A stretch of 64,000 bases of DNA from Dictyostelium discoideum. Taxonomy: Eukaryota. The DNA is taken from the NCBI GenBank assembly GCA_000004695.1, contig CM000154.2:5061353-5125352 (forward strand), given 5' to 3'. The notes under the pieces are model-generated. The model made no database searches and was not told the origin of the DNA. It worked only from the letters and a program-made list of their open reading frames with translations. How positions within the stretch are numbered: the first letter of the stretch is position 1; the number at the start of each line of letters is the position of its first letter. The position numbers were made by a program, and so were the translations under genes. Shown one piece after another: positions 12,463 through 26,371 of this stretch.

Positions 12463-15400
12463 TTAATTTGTTGGATTACCTGGTTGACCACCAATATTAA
12501 AACCTTTTGTAGTTTGTTTTGGTTTTAAAGTGTTGTTGGTTTTATCACCACCAGAGATAACAGATAATGGAGAAGCAGAAGTTTGTTTAACAAAAGTTAA
12601 AGGTGATAATCTTTCAATTGAGATAGCATTGATATCATTTGGTGAACCAGATGGTGGTGGAACTAATAAAGAACGAGCTTCTTCATTTGAAACTGGAACT
12701 GGACCTGGTCTCTTCCATTCTTCAATACCCCAAATTTGTTGAGCATACTCTTTAATGGTTCTATCTGAACTGAATTTACCACAACAAACTGAAGCCATAA
12801 TTGATTTTTTAGCCCATTTAGCTCTATCTTTGAAATCTTGATCAATTGAATTTTGAATATCCAAGTAAGAACCAAAATCATAACTAAGAATGTAATGATC
12901 ATTGCCACCACTAACAGAGTTGATAATATCTTGGAATTGTTCATGTGGACCAAAAGTATCTTCTTTAATAGCGGTTAAAACACGAGCCCATCTAGTGTCT
13001 GGTGTGAATTTTCCATCATGAATAATTTTCTTTACTTTGTTGACCTCTTCAGAACGAGCACCAAAGATGTACATATTTTCATGACCAATGGCATCACGAA
13101 TTTCAATGTTTGCACCATCCAAAGTACCAATGATAAGACCACCATTCATACTGAATTTCATATTACTTGTACCAGATGCTTCAGTACCAGCGGTTGAAAT
13201 ATGTTGAGAGATATCAGAAGCTGGAATAATAATTTCAGCATTTGAAACACAATAGTTTGGAATGAATACAACCTTGAGAAGATCACCAACCTTTGGATCA
13301 TTATTAACGACATCAGCTACAGAGTTGATTAATTTAATGATAAGTTTTGCCATGTAATAACCTGGAGCAGCTTTACCACCGAAAATGACAACTCTTGGAG
13401 CAACCTTTTTACCTTCTTTAATATCCAAATAACGATTGATAACAGAGAGGACATTTAAAAGTTGACGTTTATATTCATGGAAACGTTTAACTTGAACATC
13501 GAATAATACATCAACATTAACTTGAATATCGCATCTCTTTTCAATATATTTGGCCAAACGAATCTTATTGTTACGTTTAATTTCCATCCATTCTTTTTGA
13601 AATGAAGAATTATCAGCCAAATGAACCAAATCTTTAATGATATCCAAATTTACCAACCATCTGTCAGAGTTTAAGGAACGAGTAATAAGTTCAGCAAGTT
13701 GAGGATTTGATTGTTGAATCCAACGTCTTGGAGTGACACCATTGGTTTTATTTTGGAATTTGTTTGGCCAGATTTCATAAAACAATGGGAATACATCATG
13801 TTTTACCAATTCTGAATGAAGATAAGCAACACCATTAATTGTATGAGAGCCAACGATTGCCAAAAATGCCATACGAATGAATTTACCATCAGATTCATCA
13901 ATGATTGATAGAGCTCTTCTCTTTGACATATCACCTGGCCATTTTTGGTCAACAAGTTTTAAGAATCTTTCATTGATTTCATAGATAATCATTATATGTC
14001 TTGGTAAAACATTTTCAACCATTGAAACGCTCCATTTCTCCAATGCTTCAGGAAGAACGGTATGATTGGTATATGAGAAGGTCTTTGTTGTAATATCCCA
14101 AGCTTCATCCCAACTCTTTTTCTCTTCATCAATGAGAATTCTCATTAGCTCTGGAATACCAAGTGTTGGATGAGTATCATTCAATTGAATGGCATGGAAA
14201 TTGTGAAACTCTGAAAATGGTTTACCAGTTTCTTTGAATTGAGAGATAATATCTTGAATGGTTGCAGAAACAAACAAATATTGTTGTTTAAGACGTAATT
14301 CTTTACCTTGCATAGTATTATCATTTGGATAGAGGACATTGGTAATGTTTTCAGATTTCTCCTTCTCTTCAATGGCACCCAAATAATCACCACGATTAAA
14401 TGAATCAAGATTAAATTCATCAGATGGTTTTGAACTCCAAAGTCTAATTGCAACAGTATTATAAGTTTTAAAACCCGGAATTGGATAATCATAGGCAACG
14501 GCTAACATTTGTTCACCTTGATCCCATTTCATAACTTTTTTGCCATTTTCATCTTCAACTTCACTAACTTTACCATAGAAATTAATTGGATAGCTAACAT
14601 CCAAACGTTCAATTTCCCATGGTGATCCATAATTTAACCAATAATCTGGTAATTCAACTTGTTCACCATCAACTAATGTTTGATAAAACATACCAAATTT
14701 ATAACGTAAACCATAGCCATATCCTGGAAAATTACAAGTTGCTAATGAATCCATAAAACCTAAATTTTAAAAAAATTAAAAAAAATTAAAAAAAAAAAAA
14801 ATTAATAAAAATATAAAAAATATATTTAAACAATATATTAAATTTCTCTCTTTTTTTACATACATGCAGCTAAACGACCAAGACCACCATTACCTAAACC
14901 TGCATCTCTTTCTTCATCATAGAGATCTTCAAGTTTGAAACCCAAGTCCATTAAAGCATCAGAATATTTACCAACTAAGCCCAATGCACTAAGAGAGTTT
15001 TGAAGAGATCTACCCAATAAAAATTCCAAAGACATATAGTTTACTTGTTTAACATTCTTTTGTTTAAAGAAAAGTTTGGTATCCTTCCATCTCTCAATGA
15101 GTCTATCCCTGGTACAATATGAAAGTGCTTGGAAACTTGAGAAATCAGTACATTCACTCTTGGTTTGAGCCAAAGTATATTCAACATGTTTAACAAATTC
15201 TTTTTGAAGTGAACCCTTATCCTCTGGAAGATAGCTTGCCAAGAAAGCCCAAAGTAAAGCTTGTTCTTTTTCTTTATCACTTTCAAATTTCAATGAAGAT
15301 AATTGAGTAGCAGGATCTTCTGATTGATTTGATGTTTGTTTTTGTTGTTGTTGTTGAGGTTGTTGATTTTGTTGTTCTTGATTTCTTTTATTTTTTGATT

Positions 15401-15657
15401 CTTCATAAAGTTGCTGTTGATGTTTTGCAACCAACCTTTTTAAAAAATAGAGAAATTAAAAAATATTTAAAAATATTAATATCAAATTTAATATTCTTTT
15501 AAAAAAAAAATAAAAATATTAAAAAAATTTTTTTTTAAAATTACTTTGGGTTGGAATTTGATCTTGGTGGGTGACTGGTTGCAGATGTAATTGATCCTGA
15601 TCTATTTAATTTTGGTTTATCAAAGCCAGGAGAATTGGTACTTCTTTTTTCTTCCAT
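12463..15657 (-). CDS. glpD: Glycogen phosphorylase 2, 993 aa. Exons complement(join(12463..14759,14864..15435,15545..15657)).
   Basis: Contains the phosphorylase hallmarks GLGNGGLGRLAAC|FMDSLAT, which is split by an intron with GTATGT donor, and the PLP-lysine region EASGTSNMKFSMNGGLIIGTLDGANIEI. Exon 2 encodes a Q-rich N-terminal extension (QEQQNQQPQQQQQKQTSNQSED). The assembled 993-aa length and the Q-rich N-terminus match Dictyostelium GP2 (glpD) rather than GP1 (glpV, ~850 aa). ATG is at 15655-15657. Confidence 0.85.
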
Positions 15658-15816
15658 TTTTTTTTAATTTGTTTTATTATTTTATTTTTTTTTTTATTTT
15701 GTTTTTTTTTTTATTTTTTTTTTTTTAATGAATAATATAAAAAGAAATACAAAGAAATATTAATTTATTGATGAAAAAAATAATAATATAATAAATAATG
15801 AAAAAAACCAAAATAT

Positions 15817-15848
<32 letters not shown>

Positions 15849-15985
15849 TAATAAAAAAAAAAAAAGTAAATTAATTTAAATAAAAATAATATATTTGGTG
15901 GTGTTTGATAAAATTTGTTTTTTGTATGGAGCTATTTTTTCACAGATACCACTAAAATTTTTTTATTTGTGTTTAAAAAATTGTG

Positions 15986-16030
15986 AGTGGGTGAGTTTGC
16001 ACTGTTTTTTTTTTTCCAACAATAGTGGGT
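15986..16030 (-). promoter_or_regulatory. Two ACCCACT motifs in gene-sense orientation (15986-15992 and 16024-16030), 329 and 367 bp upstream of the glpD ATG, inside an unusually GC-rich non-coding patch (15890-16040).
   Basis: The plus strand reads gtgAGTGGGTgagtttgcac and aatAGTGGGTag, which is ACCCACT on the glpD coding strand. C-rich ACCCAC-type boxes have been described as regulatory elements of the gp2 promoter (from memory, needs checking). A related caaacaccacc lies at 15896-15906. Confidence 0.3.
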
Positions 16031-16416
16031 AGAATAATACATTGTAAACTACATTATTAAAAAAAATTAATAAAAAAAAAAAAAAAAAAAAAAAATTCCA
16101 TTTTTAGTTTATCCATTTTTAATTATTTTCATTATTATTACTATTATTTTTATTATTATAATTATTATAATTATTTTTTTAATTTTAATTTTTTTTTTTT
16201 TTTTTTTTTTGAATTATTATTATTTTTAAAAACACAATCAATAATTTATTTGTTCTTTATTATAATTAATTTTTAATATTTTTATTTGTTTATTTATTAT
16301 TTTTATTATTTTTTTTATTTTTTGATTAGTTTTTAATTTAAAAATAATTTAAATTTAAATTATTTGATTTTGGACTTTATGGATTTTTTTTTTGGATTTT
16401 TTTTTTTTTTTTTTTT

Positions 16417-18234
16417 TTAATAACCTCTAAAATCTTTAAAAGATTTTGAAATTGAAATGATTTTTTCAAATTTAATTAATAATTGTTCCAATTTTTTAAT
16501 AGTTTCTTGATTGAGGGAAGAACGTTGTCTATTAAAGATTGATTTGAAAGTTGATTCACGATTTTCAAGTGATTGAAGTATTTGTTTACTAGAGAATAAT
16601 CTACGTTCAGTAGCGGTTTGAATAGTGTTTATGAGAGATTCGACAAGATAAAAGTAAACACTAGTTATATAGATAAGTGATTCATCTTCTTCTTTCCAAG
16701 AGCCTTTTTCAATGGTATTATTGTAATAGTCAACCAAGATCCAATAATCTATTTTTACATGATCATGTAAAGAGCTTGTTAACCAATTTGGTGAGATTTC
16801 TTTCTTTTCAGCTTCACTCTTATTTCTTGAGAAATTGAAAATGGCTCTTTCACCATAGTTTATAATGAATTCAACAGGAAAAGTGATTTCATTTGGATAG
16901 AAATCATAACCAATATTACTAATCTTTGAAACCAATGATTCAATGACACCACCGACGGAAATCTTTAAACCATCATCATTTTCAGCATTATCATCCAAAG
17001 ATAAATTTGAAGATGGTGGTGGAATTTCTTTATCGATAATAATTTTCCAAAGGATTTGAATAAAGTTTTGATCACTATGATTACCAATATGACAAAGATA
17101 TAACATTTGTTCATGAAGATAGTATTTTCTTGCATAATCAGTGAATAAAGTTGTAATATCAAAGATTGTTTTATTAAGATTTGAAATTGATTCCTTAATT
17201 TGATTAATATCAAATGGTTGACCACCATTATTATTACTACTATTGTTTCTATTATTTGATTCATTTGGATTATTTAGATAATTTTCTAATTGAAGTACAA
17301 TTTGTTTTTGAATATTTGCAAATGTAATTTGATTCTTTGCTTGAATGTAAGCATCTTCATCCTTTTGTTCACTTAGAATCATAGTACAATTTGTGTAGGC
17401 TAAAATCTTTTCATCTAAAGTTGTAGAACGTTCAGCGATTTGGAATAATACATGAACTGCTTTTAATAATTCTTGATGTTTTGCTAAAACTTTCCAACAA
17501 AGATCAATATCATTTGCAAAAAGGAATTCAGTAATAAATGGTGTATTAATTTCAAAGAATTTTGATGTCATTCCATTGTTTAATATCCATGAATAAATCA
17601 TTTCATGTGCTAATCTATCTTGACATACTAAAACTTGTTGAATTATAATATCAATAATTTCAAATGTATTATTATAATTATTATTATCACCACCACCACC
17701 ACCACTATTATTATTATTATTATTATTATCAGATTGAATAAAATTTAAAAGTTTAATAATTTCTTGAAAAGTTGATTTCTTTTGTGATAATTTTAATTTA
17801 AATTCATCAGAAGGATTATTTGAAGGTATTAAAGTGATACCACGTGGATCTAAATCTTGAGCATATTGTAAACAGAGTGGAGTGACATAATTGAAAGCTT
17901 TAATAGCAATGAATAAATCAACAATCTCTGATAAATTATAATTTGGTGAAATTGAATCTAAAATCAATGCTGAATCTTTAACCAATGAATCAGTGAAATA
18001 GGTTGAACCATCACGTAATACCATATTAAGTTTTTCTTTAACCTTATAAAGTTCTCTATTCTCTTTTTTAAAGAATATTGGACATTCAGTCTCTAATTGA
18101 TTAGAAACTTGATCAATATTAATATTATGACTATTTAATGTTTTCATTAATGAATCAATTAATAAAGTTAATGTTGAATTACTTGTTGATGTTGTTAGTG
18201 GTGATGTTGATGATGATGATGATGATGTTGTTGA

Positions 18235-18274
<40 letters not shown>

Positions 18275-19623
18275 AAACTACTAATTGTTGGTAATGGTAA
18301 ATTTTTACCAAGTATATCACTATTTAAAATATCTCTAAATTTTAATAAATCAATTTTTCTTTTAATATCTAATTCAATTGAAGATGAATCAAATAATTGT
18401 TTAAAATTATATTGAGAAAGAATTAAGAATAAATTTAAAATTTGAATTGATTTAACAATAATATTCTTTAAACCAATTAAACTTCTTTTTTCATTTTTAA
18501 TAGCTTCATCTTCACCATAGATTTCATTTGAACTGGAGTTATTGGCTGTAGTTGTTGTTGTTGTTGTTGAAGAAGTTTTATTTGTGGCAATTTTAATGAT
18601 TGGAATTTCTTGACCTTTTGGAATTAATTGAGAGATATCTAAAAATGATAATAAATTACTAAGATGAGATTGAAAGAGTTGAAGTTGAACGATAGACCAA
18701 TAGGAACAACCAGCTGATGTGACAACTGATTGATTCCATAATGGATAAAGTACACGAGCCAAATAAGCCAATAAACCATTGTAAGCATTTGAATACATGA
18801 GTTCAGTTTTATTTACAGGAGCACCCATATCACCAAACATTTGTTGAATGACCACTGGTTGATAATATTGTGGTTTACCACTCTTTCTTCTTAGAAAAGT
18901 CATAGCAAGATCAGCGATTCTAGTGGTGGTTGTCTTTGGTATACTGATTCCCGAATAAACTTGATCATGTAATAGAATGGAGCTATGTGGTGAGGAGCAA
19001 TAGAGACTAATACAAAGTGATGAGGCGATGATTTTACCAAATGCATCGAAAAAGTTATCAATATCTTGTGGATTATTTGAAGAGAGAATATTCTGTAACA
19101 AATCGACATATCTTAGTTTGCTAATGAAATGAAGTCCCAATGAATTTAAACATAGGAAACGACGTGGTGTATTCATATGTTCGTTGGATAACTCTTTGTA
19201 GTAAACGGTTGGTTTACCATCATTAACGATATCCTCTTTAATGACTGATACACGACCACGAATTGAAAATAGATTTGATTTCTCTGATAAAGTATCTTGT
19301 GAGATTTGATTTGAGAATCCACTTTTACTAGTTTCATAATGTGATTTTATAATATCATTACCAAACAATGTGGTACCAACTAATCTATCCTCTTGATCAC
19401 TAACTTCTGATGCTGTAAAGAATACACCATTCGAATAATAGGTATAATGAATATTACTATTACCATTATTATCAACATTATTTGGTGGTGATCTAATATA
19501 GGCTAATCTATTCAATGTATAATATAATCTTTCACCACTTGATAAAATCGCTATAAAATTAAATTCAGTTTCTTTTGGTGAAATATGAATTGACATTATT
19601 ACCATATTTTTACGTGAAAAATT

Positions 19624-19658
<35 letters not shown>

Positions 19659-21219
19659 GAAGAGGTTGCTGTTGTTGTTGTTGTTGACCATATTGATTTG
19701 GTTGTTGTTGTTGTTGTTGTTGACCATATTGTGATTGTTGGTATTGTTGATTTTGTTGTTGCTGTTGATATTGATATTGTTGTGAATAATAATTATTATT
19801 ATTATTATTATTATTAATATTATTATTAAATAATGAATCAATATCATTAATTGGATAAATAGTTTTAAGATGTTCAAATTTATCACCAATTTTACCTAAA
19901 CTATAAACATTGATTGTTGAATCTTTTGATAAACTATATAAAAGATAACGATCTTCATCATAGATTAATTGAATGATCTCTTTTTTCTTTGATAAATTTA
20001 TAAATGAATTGAAAAAGGTTTGAGTGAGATTAATTTTTTTAATCTTTTCATTACTAAACCAAAATAAATTATCTTTACTATATTCAATTTCATAAATATT
20101 ACCATCTTGTCCTGATAAAAATATTCTACCTTCTTTTGTACCAACTATATCTGTTATAAATATATTATCTGATGGTATTGATAATGCTTAAAAAAAAAAA
20201 AAAAAAAAATTTAAAAATTAGTATGAAATTTAAAATCTTTAAAAAAAAAACATAAACTTACTTGATAAAATTTCAAATTTAGTTTCATTTGAATAACAAA
20301 GTGCAAATAAGAAAATTTCAACATGAGTACAAACTACCATAACTTTTTTAACAGCATCTTTAAAAGTATTTTTCTTTGGTTGAATGAGGGCACAATTTGT
20401 GATAATTTGAGATAGATTATGAGAGATTAATTCACCAGAATCACGATAATCCCAAAGGTAAAGAGTTTGATCGATTGAAATCCATGCTCTACCAATCTCT
20501 GGGAATAAACCCAATAATGATTTGGTTGATGTACTTAAATAACCATTTGTAATCTCTTGTGGTAATTCAATATGTTTTTCAATGACCAATGTTGACCAGA
20601 AATAACTACCACCATCGAAATAATTAAATCCTGGATCACGTTTATATAATACCTTTAAGGTTGGATCTGGTATTGTAGCTACTTTATCAATTGATGAATC
20701 AATTGATTCAATTGAATTTAAAAAGATTTTCTTTAAATCCTCTTCTTTATTAAATGGTGTAATCGATAATAAACTATTGGTTTTCTTTTGCCTCATTAAT
20801 TCCTGTTGTTCTTGTTCTTGTTGTTGTTGTTGTTTTTGTTGTTGTTCTTTTAGTTCTTGCTGTTGTTGTTCTTGTTCTTTTTCTTGTTGTGATGGAGATT
20901 GTGTTTGTGTTTGTTGTGGTTGTTGTTGTGGTTGTGCTTGTGGTTGTGTCTGTTGATCCTGTTGGTAAACAATATTATTATTATTAATATTATTATTATT
21001 ATTAATTATGTTATTATTAATAAGTGGGGTTTGATAATGATATTGTGGTTGAATAATTCTTTGTTGACTTTGTAGAGGGAATAAATTATTTGATATTCCA
21101 GAGGTGGGTGTTTGAATATTATTTCTATATATGGATTGTTGTTCTGGTGATGGTAAATAATTAAATTGACCATTCTGGTTATTATACCCTAAGTTTGGGT
21201 ATAATTGTGATTGACGCAT
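16417..21219 (-). CDS. nup155: Nucleoporin Nup155/Nup170 homolog, ~1570 aa. Exons complement(join(16417..20186,20261..21219)).
   Basis: Exon 1 contains the Nup155/Nup170 N-terminal beta-propeller signature LLGLFPEIGRAWISIDQTLYLWDY. Exon 2 continues after a GTAAGT intron (TLSIPSDNIFITDIVGTKEGRIFLSGQDGNIYEIEYSKDNLFWF) into a long alpha-solenoid. A Q/Y/N-rich low-complexity insert is encoded at ~19620-19810. The ATG-initiated ORF 16417..19605 reported in the track is only the 3' part of this exon. Confidence 0.8.
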
Positions 21220-21716
21220 CTTTTTTATTTAATTTTGAAAAAAAAAAAAATAAAAAATAAAAAAAAAAGTTATATCTTCAGTTTCTATTTGATGAACACA
21301 CAAAAAAAAAAAAAAAAAATGAAAAAAAAAAATAAAAAAAAGAGAAAATTTTTTCGGCCAAAAAAAAAAAAAAAAATAAAATAAAAAATGAAAAAAAATA
21401 GGTGAAATTAGAATTTTGACTGTAAAAAAAGAGATAATGGAAATACCATTATGGTATATATATTTTTTTTTTTATTTGAAAATTAAAATTTATTGTGTGG
21501 GCTTCAATTGAAAAAAAAAAAAAAAAAACCTTTAAAATATAACCAATTTAGAATATTTTTTTTTTTTTTTTTTTTCACTTTTGGTTCCAAATTTCCCTCC
21601 TTTTTTCCAAATTTTTTTTTTTTTTATTTTTTTTTTTTTTTGGGAATTTATTATTTTAATCTCAACATTATTCATATTATATAAATAAAAAAAAAAAAAG
21701 AAAAAAAAAAAAAACA

Positions 21717-21944
21717 ATGGATAAAAAAGATCAATTATATAAACAAATGTCAATGGATAGTAATAGTGGATTAAATTTTGAACAATTAAAGAAATTAAAA
21801 GTGGAAGAGTATATAGAGTTTCAATATAATCGTCAAATTGAACTTTTAAATAAATATACAGAAAATAAAATCCAAGAAATTGTAAATCACAAAGAAAAAT
21901 TAAAAAGAGAATTAATTGAACAACAAAGAAATCAAGAAAATTAA
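21717..21944 (+). CDS. Small (75 aa) coiled-coil hypothetical protein. Weakly supported.
   Basis: ATG-initiated ORF with charged heptad-like sequence (KKLKVEEYIEFQYNRQIELLNKYTENKIQEIVNHKEKLKRELIEQQRNQEN) in the divergent intergenic region next to nup155. No homolog recognised. Confidence 0.25.
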   Translation: MDKKDQLYKQMSMDSNSGLNFEQLKKLKVEEYIEFQYNRQIELLNKYTENKIQEIVNHKEKLKRELIEQQRNQEN

Positions 21945-22006
21945 AAAACTTCAAAATAAATAAAAAAAAAGAAATGGAAAACCTTTTTGTAAATGGAAAT
22001 TATATA

Positions 22007-22040
<34 letters not shown>

Positions 22041-22041
<1 letters not shown>

Positions 22042-22838
22042 TATTCAATCTTTTTTTTTGGTAATCTATGCATAAAAGTAATTTGTGGTACATCATTATT
22101 TGGTACATTACCAACATTTGGTAATTTTTCTTGACCCAAAATGGTGAATCCATGATTTAAATAAAATTGTAAGTTTACATCATTTGTACATTCAATATAA
22201 CATCTCTTTTGTTCACGATCAAACTTTTCAAATAATTTATTTAATAATTTTGATGCTAATCCTTGTTTTCTAAATTTAATATTTGTAGCTAATGTAACCA
22301 AATAATAACAATTTAATGCATCAAATTCTTCAAATCTAATTGAAATTACATCTAAAAAATAATAAAAAAAATAATAAAAATAAAATAAAATAAATAAATA
22401 ATTTATTAGTTTTCTTATTATTATTTTTATTTTTTTATTTTTTATTTTTTATTTTTTTATTTTTTTACCTTCTAATTTTAATAATCTTTCATGAGTTAAA
22501 GTTAAACCTTTTTTTAATAATAAATCTCTTTGAGAATCAGTGAATTCATCCCATTTATCTTCAGGCCAACCTATTGATGGTGGTAATATAAAAGCTATGC
22601 TATTAAATGATGAATCTAGTGCATAGCATTCATTGAAATCTACGATTTGATCTACGAATGCACGTTCCATATCAAACATAAAACTATGTCTTTCCTCTTC
22701 TCCAAGTTCATAAAACATATATTTAAAATATGGATCATTAATGAATGAATTACCTGCTATTTCTGATACTATTTCCATATCTTCTCTTTTAATTAAATAT
22801 AACTCATCTTTTTTATTATCTGTAGTAATACAATCCAT
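22041..22838 (-). CDS. GNAT-family N-acetyltransferase, ~226 aa. Exons complement(join(22041..22351,22469..22838)).
   Basis: The C-terminal exon carries the acetyl-CoA binding motif VTLATNIKFRKQGLASKLLNKLFEKF (Q/RxxGxG/A pattern) and FYLNHGFTILGQE. The N-terminal exon (MDCITTDNKK...) joins it through a GTAAAA...TAG intron in frame (phase 1). Confidence 0.65.
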
Positions 22839-23498
22839 TTTTGTTTTTTTTTTTTTTTTTTTTTGTAAAAGCAACAAATTAATAATAAAAAAAAAAAAAA
22901 AACGAATTTTATTTTTTTTGTTTTTTTTTTTATTTTTTTTTTTTAATTTTCTGGGAAAAAAGATATCAAGAAAAAAAATAAAAAAATAAACATTGTTTGG
23001 TTCTTAATTGTTTTGAGAAAAAAGAGTGAAAAAATATGAAAGAAATAAAAAATAAAAAATAATAATAAGGGACCTGTTAAACAAATTCTTTTATTTTAAC
23101 AACAAGCAAAAATTAACCAGAACCTGACAATTGTCCTAAAAAAAAAAAAAAATAAAAATAAAAAATAAAAATTATAAGATTTTATTTAAAAAAAACTAAA
23201 TTTAGATTTAAAAAAAAAATTTTTTTTAAAATATAAAATATTACTAATTAATTTTTAAAAAAAAAAAAAAATTAAAAAAAAAATAAAAAAAAAAGAAAAA
23301 AAAAATTAAAAATAAAATTTAAAAAAAAAATTAAAATTAAAAAAAAATAGTAGATCTACATTTTGGTATTAAAATATGTAGGTCTATAGTTGGTTAATAA
23401 AAAAAAAAAAAATAAAAAAAAAAAAAATAAAAAATTAAAGAGGATATTTTTCTTGTTTAAAAAAAAAAAATAATAATAGATAAATAATATATTATAAA

Positions 23499-23911
23499 AT
23501 GGAATTATTATCATTACAAGTAAATAGTGAACCTATTAAATATAAAGAATATTGTCATTCTCATTTTAATGGATTTAGTACAGAATTCCCAATTTACCTT
23601 AGTAGTGTAATTGATCCTTGCGAATATTATGAAATTATTAAAAGTATAAACAATAACTCCATTAGAAAATTGGATACACCAGTTTTAAATAGTATGTTAA
23701 CAACAGGAAGTGTATTTTCATATCTATTCATCGGTTTACCAGTGTTAACAGGTGCTTTAATAGGTAATAAAGTAATTTATAATAAATATAACAAAAAGGT
23801 AAATAAAAAAAAATAATAAAAATAATTATTTAAAAAAAAAAAAAAGTGGAATTAGCAATTAATATTAAACTAACAAAAAAAATATCTTTTTATAAAAAAT
23901 AATAATAATAT

Positions 23912-23948
<37 letters not shown>

Positions 23949-24342
23949 AAAAAAAGATTTAGTTAAAACTTTAAATGAAATTAATAATAATCCAAAAATT
24001 ATGGAAAAGAATATTCAATTTACATTAATTGAAAATAAAAAAACAAAAAGAAGTATTGAATATAATATTCAATTAAATTGCTATGTTACAGATTCTCAAA
24101 AGAAATTAATACAACAACAAAAAAATATAATTGCACAACAACAAATTGAACAACAAATTCAACAACAAACTAGACAACAGCAACAACAACAACAAAATGA
24201 TAGAAGAAATAGTATTAGAAATTTGACTAGAAATGCTACAAACCCAAGTGGAATGAACCAATCACCATTAGGAAGAGTTAATAAAAGACTAATTGATGGT
24301 ATTCCTATTGATTCTGGTTCTCCATTTAACCATAAAAAATAA
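23499..24342 (+). CDS. Candidate ERF4/GOLGA7-family protein (accessory subunit of a DHHC palmitoyltransferase), ~231 aa with a Q-rich tail. Exons join(23499..23798,23947..24342).
   Basis: Two track ORFs join in frame through an A-rich intron (AAG|GTAAAT donor at 23799, AAAAAG acceptor at 23946). The product resembles GOLGA7 in order and spacing: EYCHSHFNGFSTEFPIYLSSVIDPCEYYEIIKSINN vs GOLGA7 [36 protein letters not shown], a hydrophobic segment SVFSYLFIGLPVLTG vs LTAYTIFLCM, and then a KKLKKDLVKTLNEINNNPKIMEKNIQFTLIE segment vs [27 protein letters not shown]. The similarity is recalled from memory and modest. Confidence 0.4.
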
Positions 24343-24399
24343 ATATATAAATAAAAATAAAAATAAAAATAAATCAAAATTAAAATTAAGAATTTTTTT

Positions 24400-24506
24400 T
24401 TATAAATTTAATGCTTTATTTTTGGTTTGTGAATCTGCATTTGTTTCGTCTTTATAAATATTAAAATACAAAATGTAACAGGTTTTGAGCGTGCCAAATC
24501 AATAAA

Positions 24507-24574
<68 letters not shown>

Positions 24575-24611
24575 GTAAATAGTTTTAAAAATAAAGCATT
24601 AAATTTATAAA
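24400..24611. repeat. A 22-bp perfect inverted repeat (ataaatttaatgctttattttt / aaaaataaagcattaaatttat) enclosing ~160 bp that includes an (ATA)21 microsatellite, between two convergent 3' ends.
   Basis: 24400-24423 tataaatttaatgctttatttttg and 24583-24611 ttttaaaaataaagcattaaatttataaa are reverse complements. (ATA)n runs 24507-24570. The element lies between the stop of the 23499..24342 gene and the stop of the cysteine proteinase gene (24720). Confidence 0.6.
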
Positions 24612-24719
24612 AAAAAACTAACTAAAGTGTGTTTCATTTGAATTATCAGATTTATTATAATCCCAACGAGTATATAAAAAAATAAAATTAAAAATTTAAT
24701 AAAATTTTATTTATTGTTT

Positions 24720-26077
<1,358 letters not shown>

Positions 26078-26334
26078 TTTTTTCTTTTTTATAAAAACTA
26101 TGTAATGAAAAAAAAAAAAAAAAAAACTTTTTTTTTATACAAAAATAAAAAAAAAATAAAAAAAAAAAATAAAATAAAAAAATAAATAAAAAAAATGATT
26201 TGAGAAAAAAAAAAAAAAAAATCTAAAAAGTTCCACTGAAATTTTTTTTAGATATTTTACATTCCACACAATCAATTGCGAAATTTATTTTTATTATTTT
26301 CTTTTTTTTTTTGAAATATCCATTTCAAATAACC

Positions 26335-26369
<35 letters not shown>

Positions 26370-26371
26370 TC

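Noticed and set aside
16417-19605. Taking the ATG at 19605 as the nup155 start and 20239..21219 as a separate gene. Likewise taking 'MVAKHQQ' at 15434 as the glpD start.
   Set aside because: The frame stays open upstream of 19605 and links to exon 1 through a GTAAGT intron at 20187-20260. The 'M' at 15434 in the ORF track is a TTG codon inside exon 2. The true glpD ATG is at 15655-15657.
24001-24342. Treating ORF 24001..24342 as an independent 113-aa gene.
   Set aside because: Its reading frame continues upstream through an AG acceptor at 23946. It joins 23499..23798 in frame through a GTAAAT-donor intron, and the merged product has a coherent ERF4/GOLGA7-like layout.
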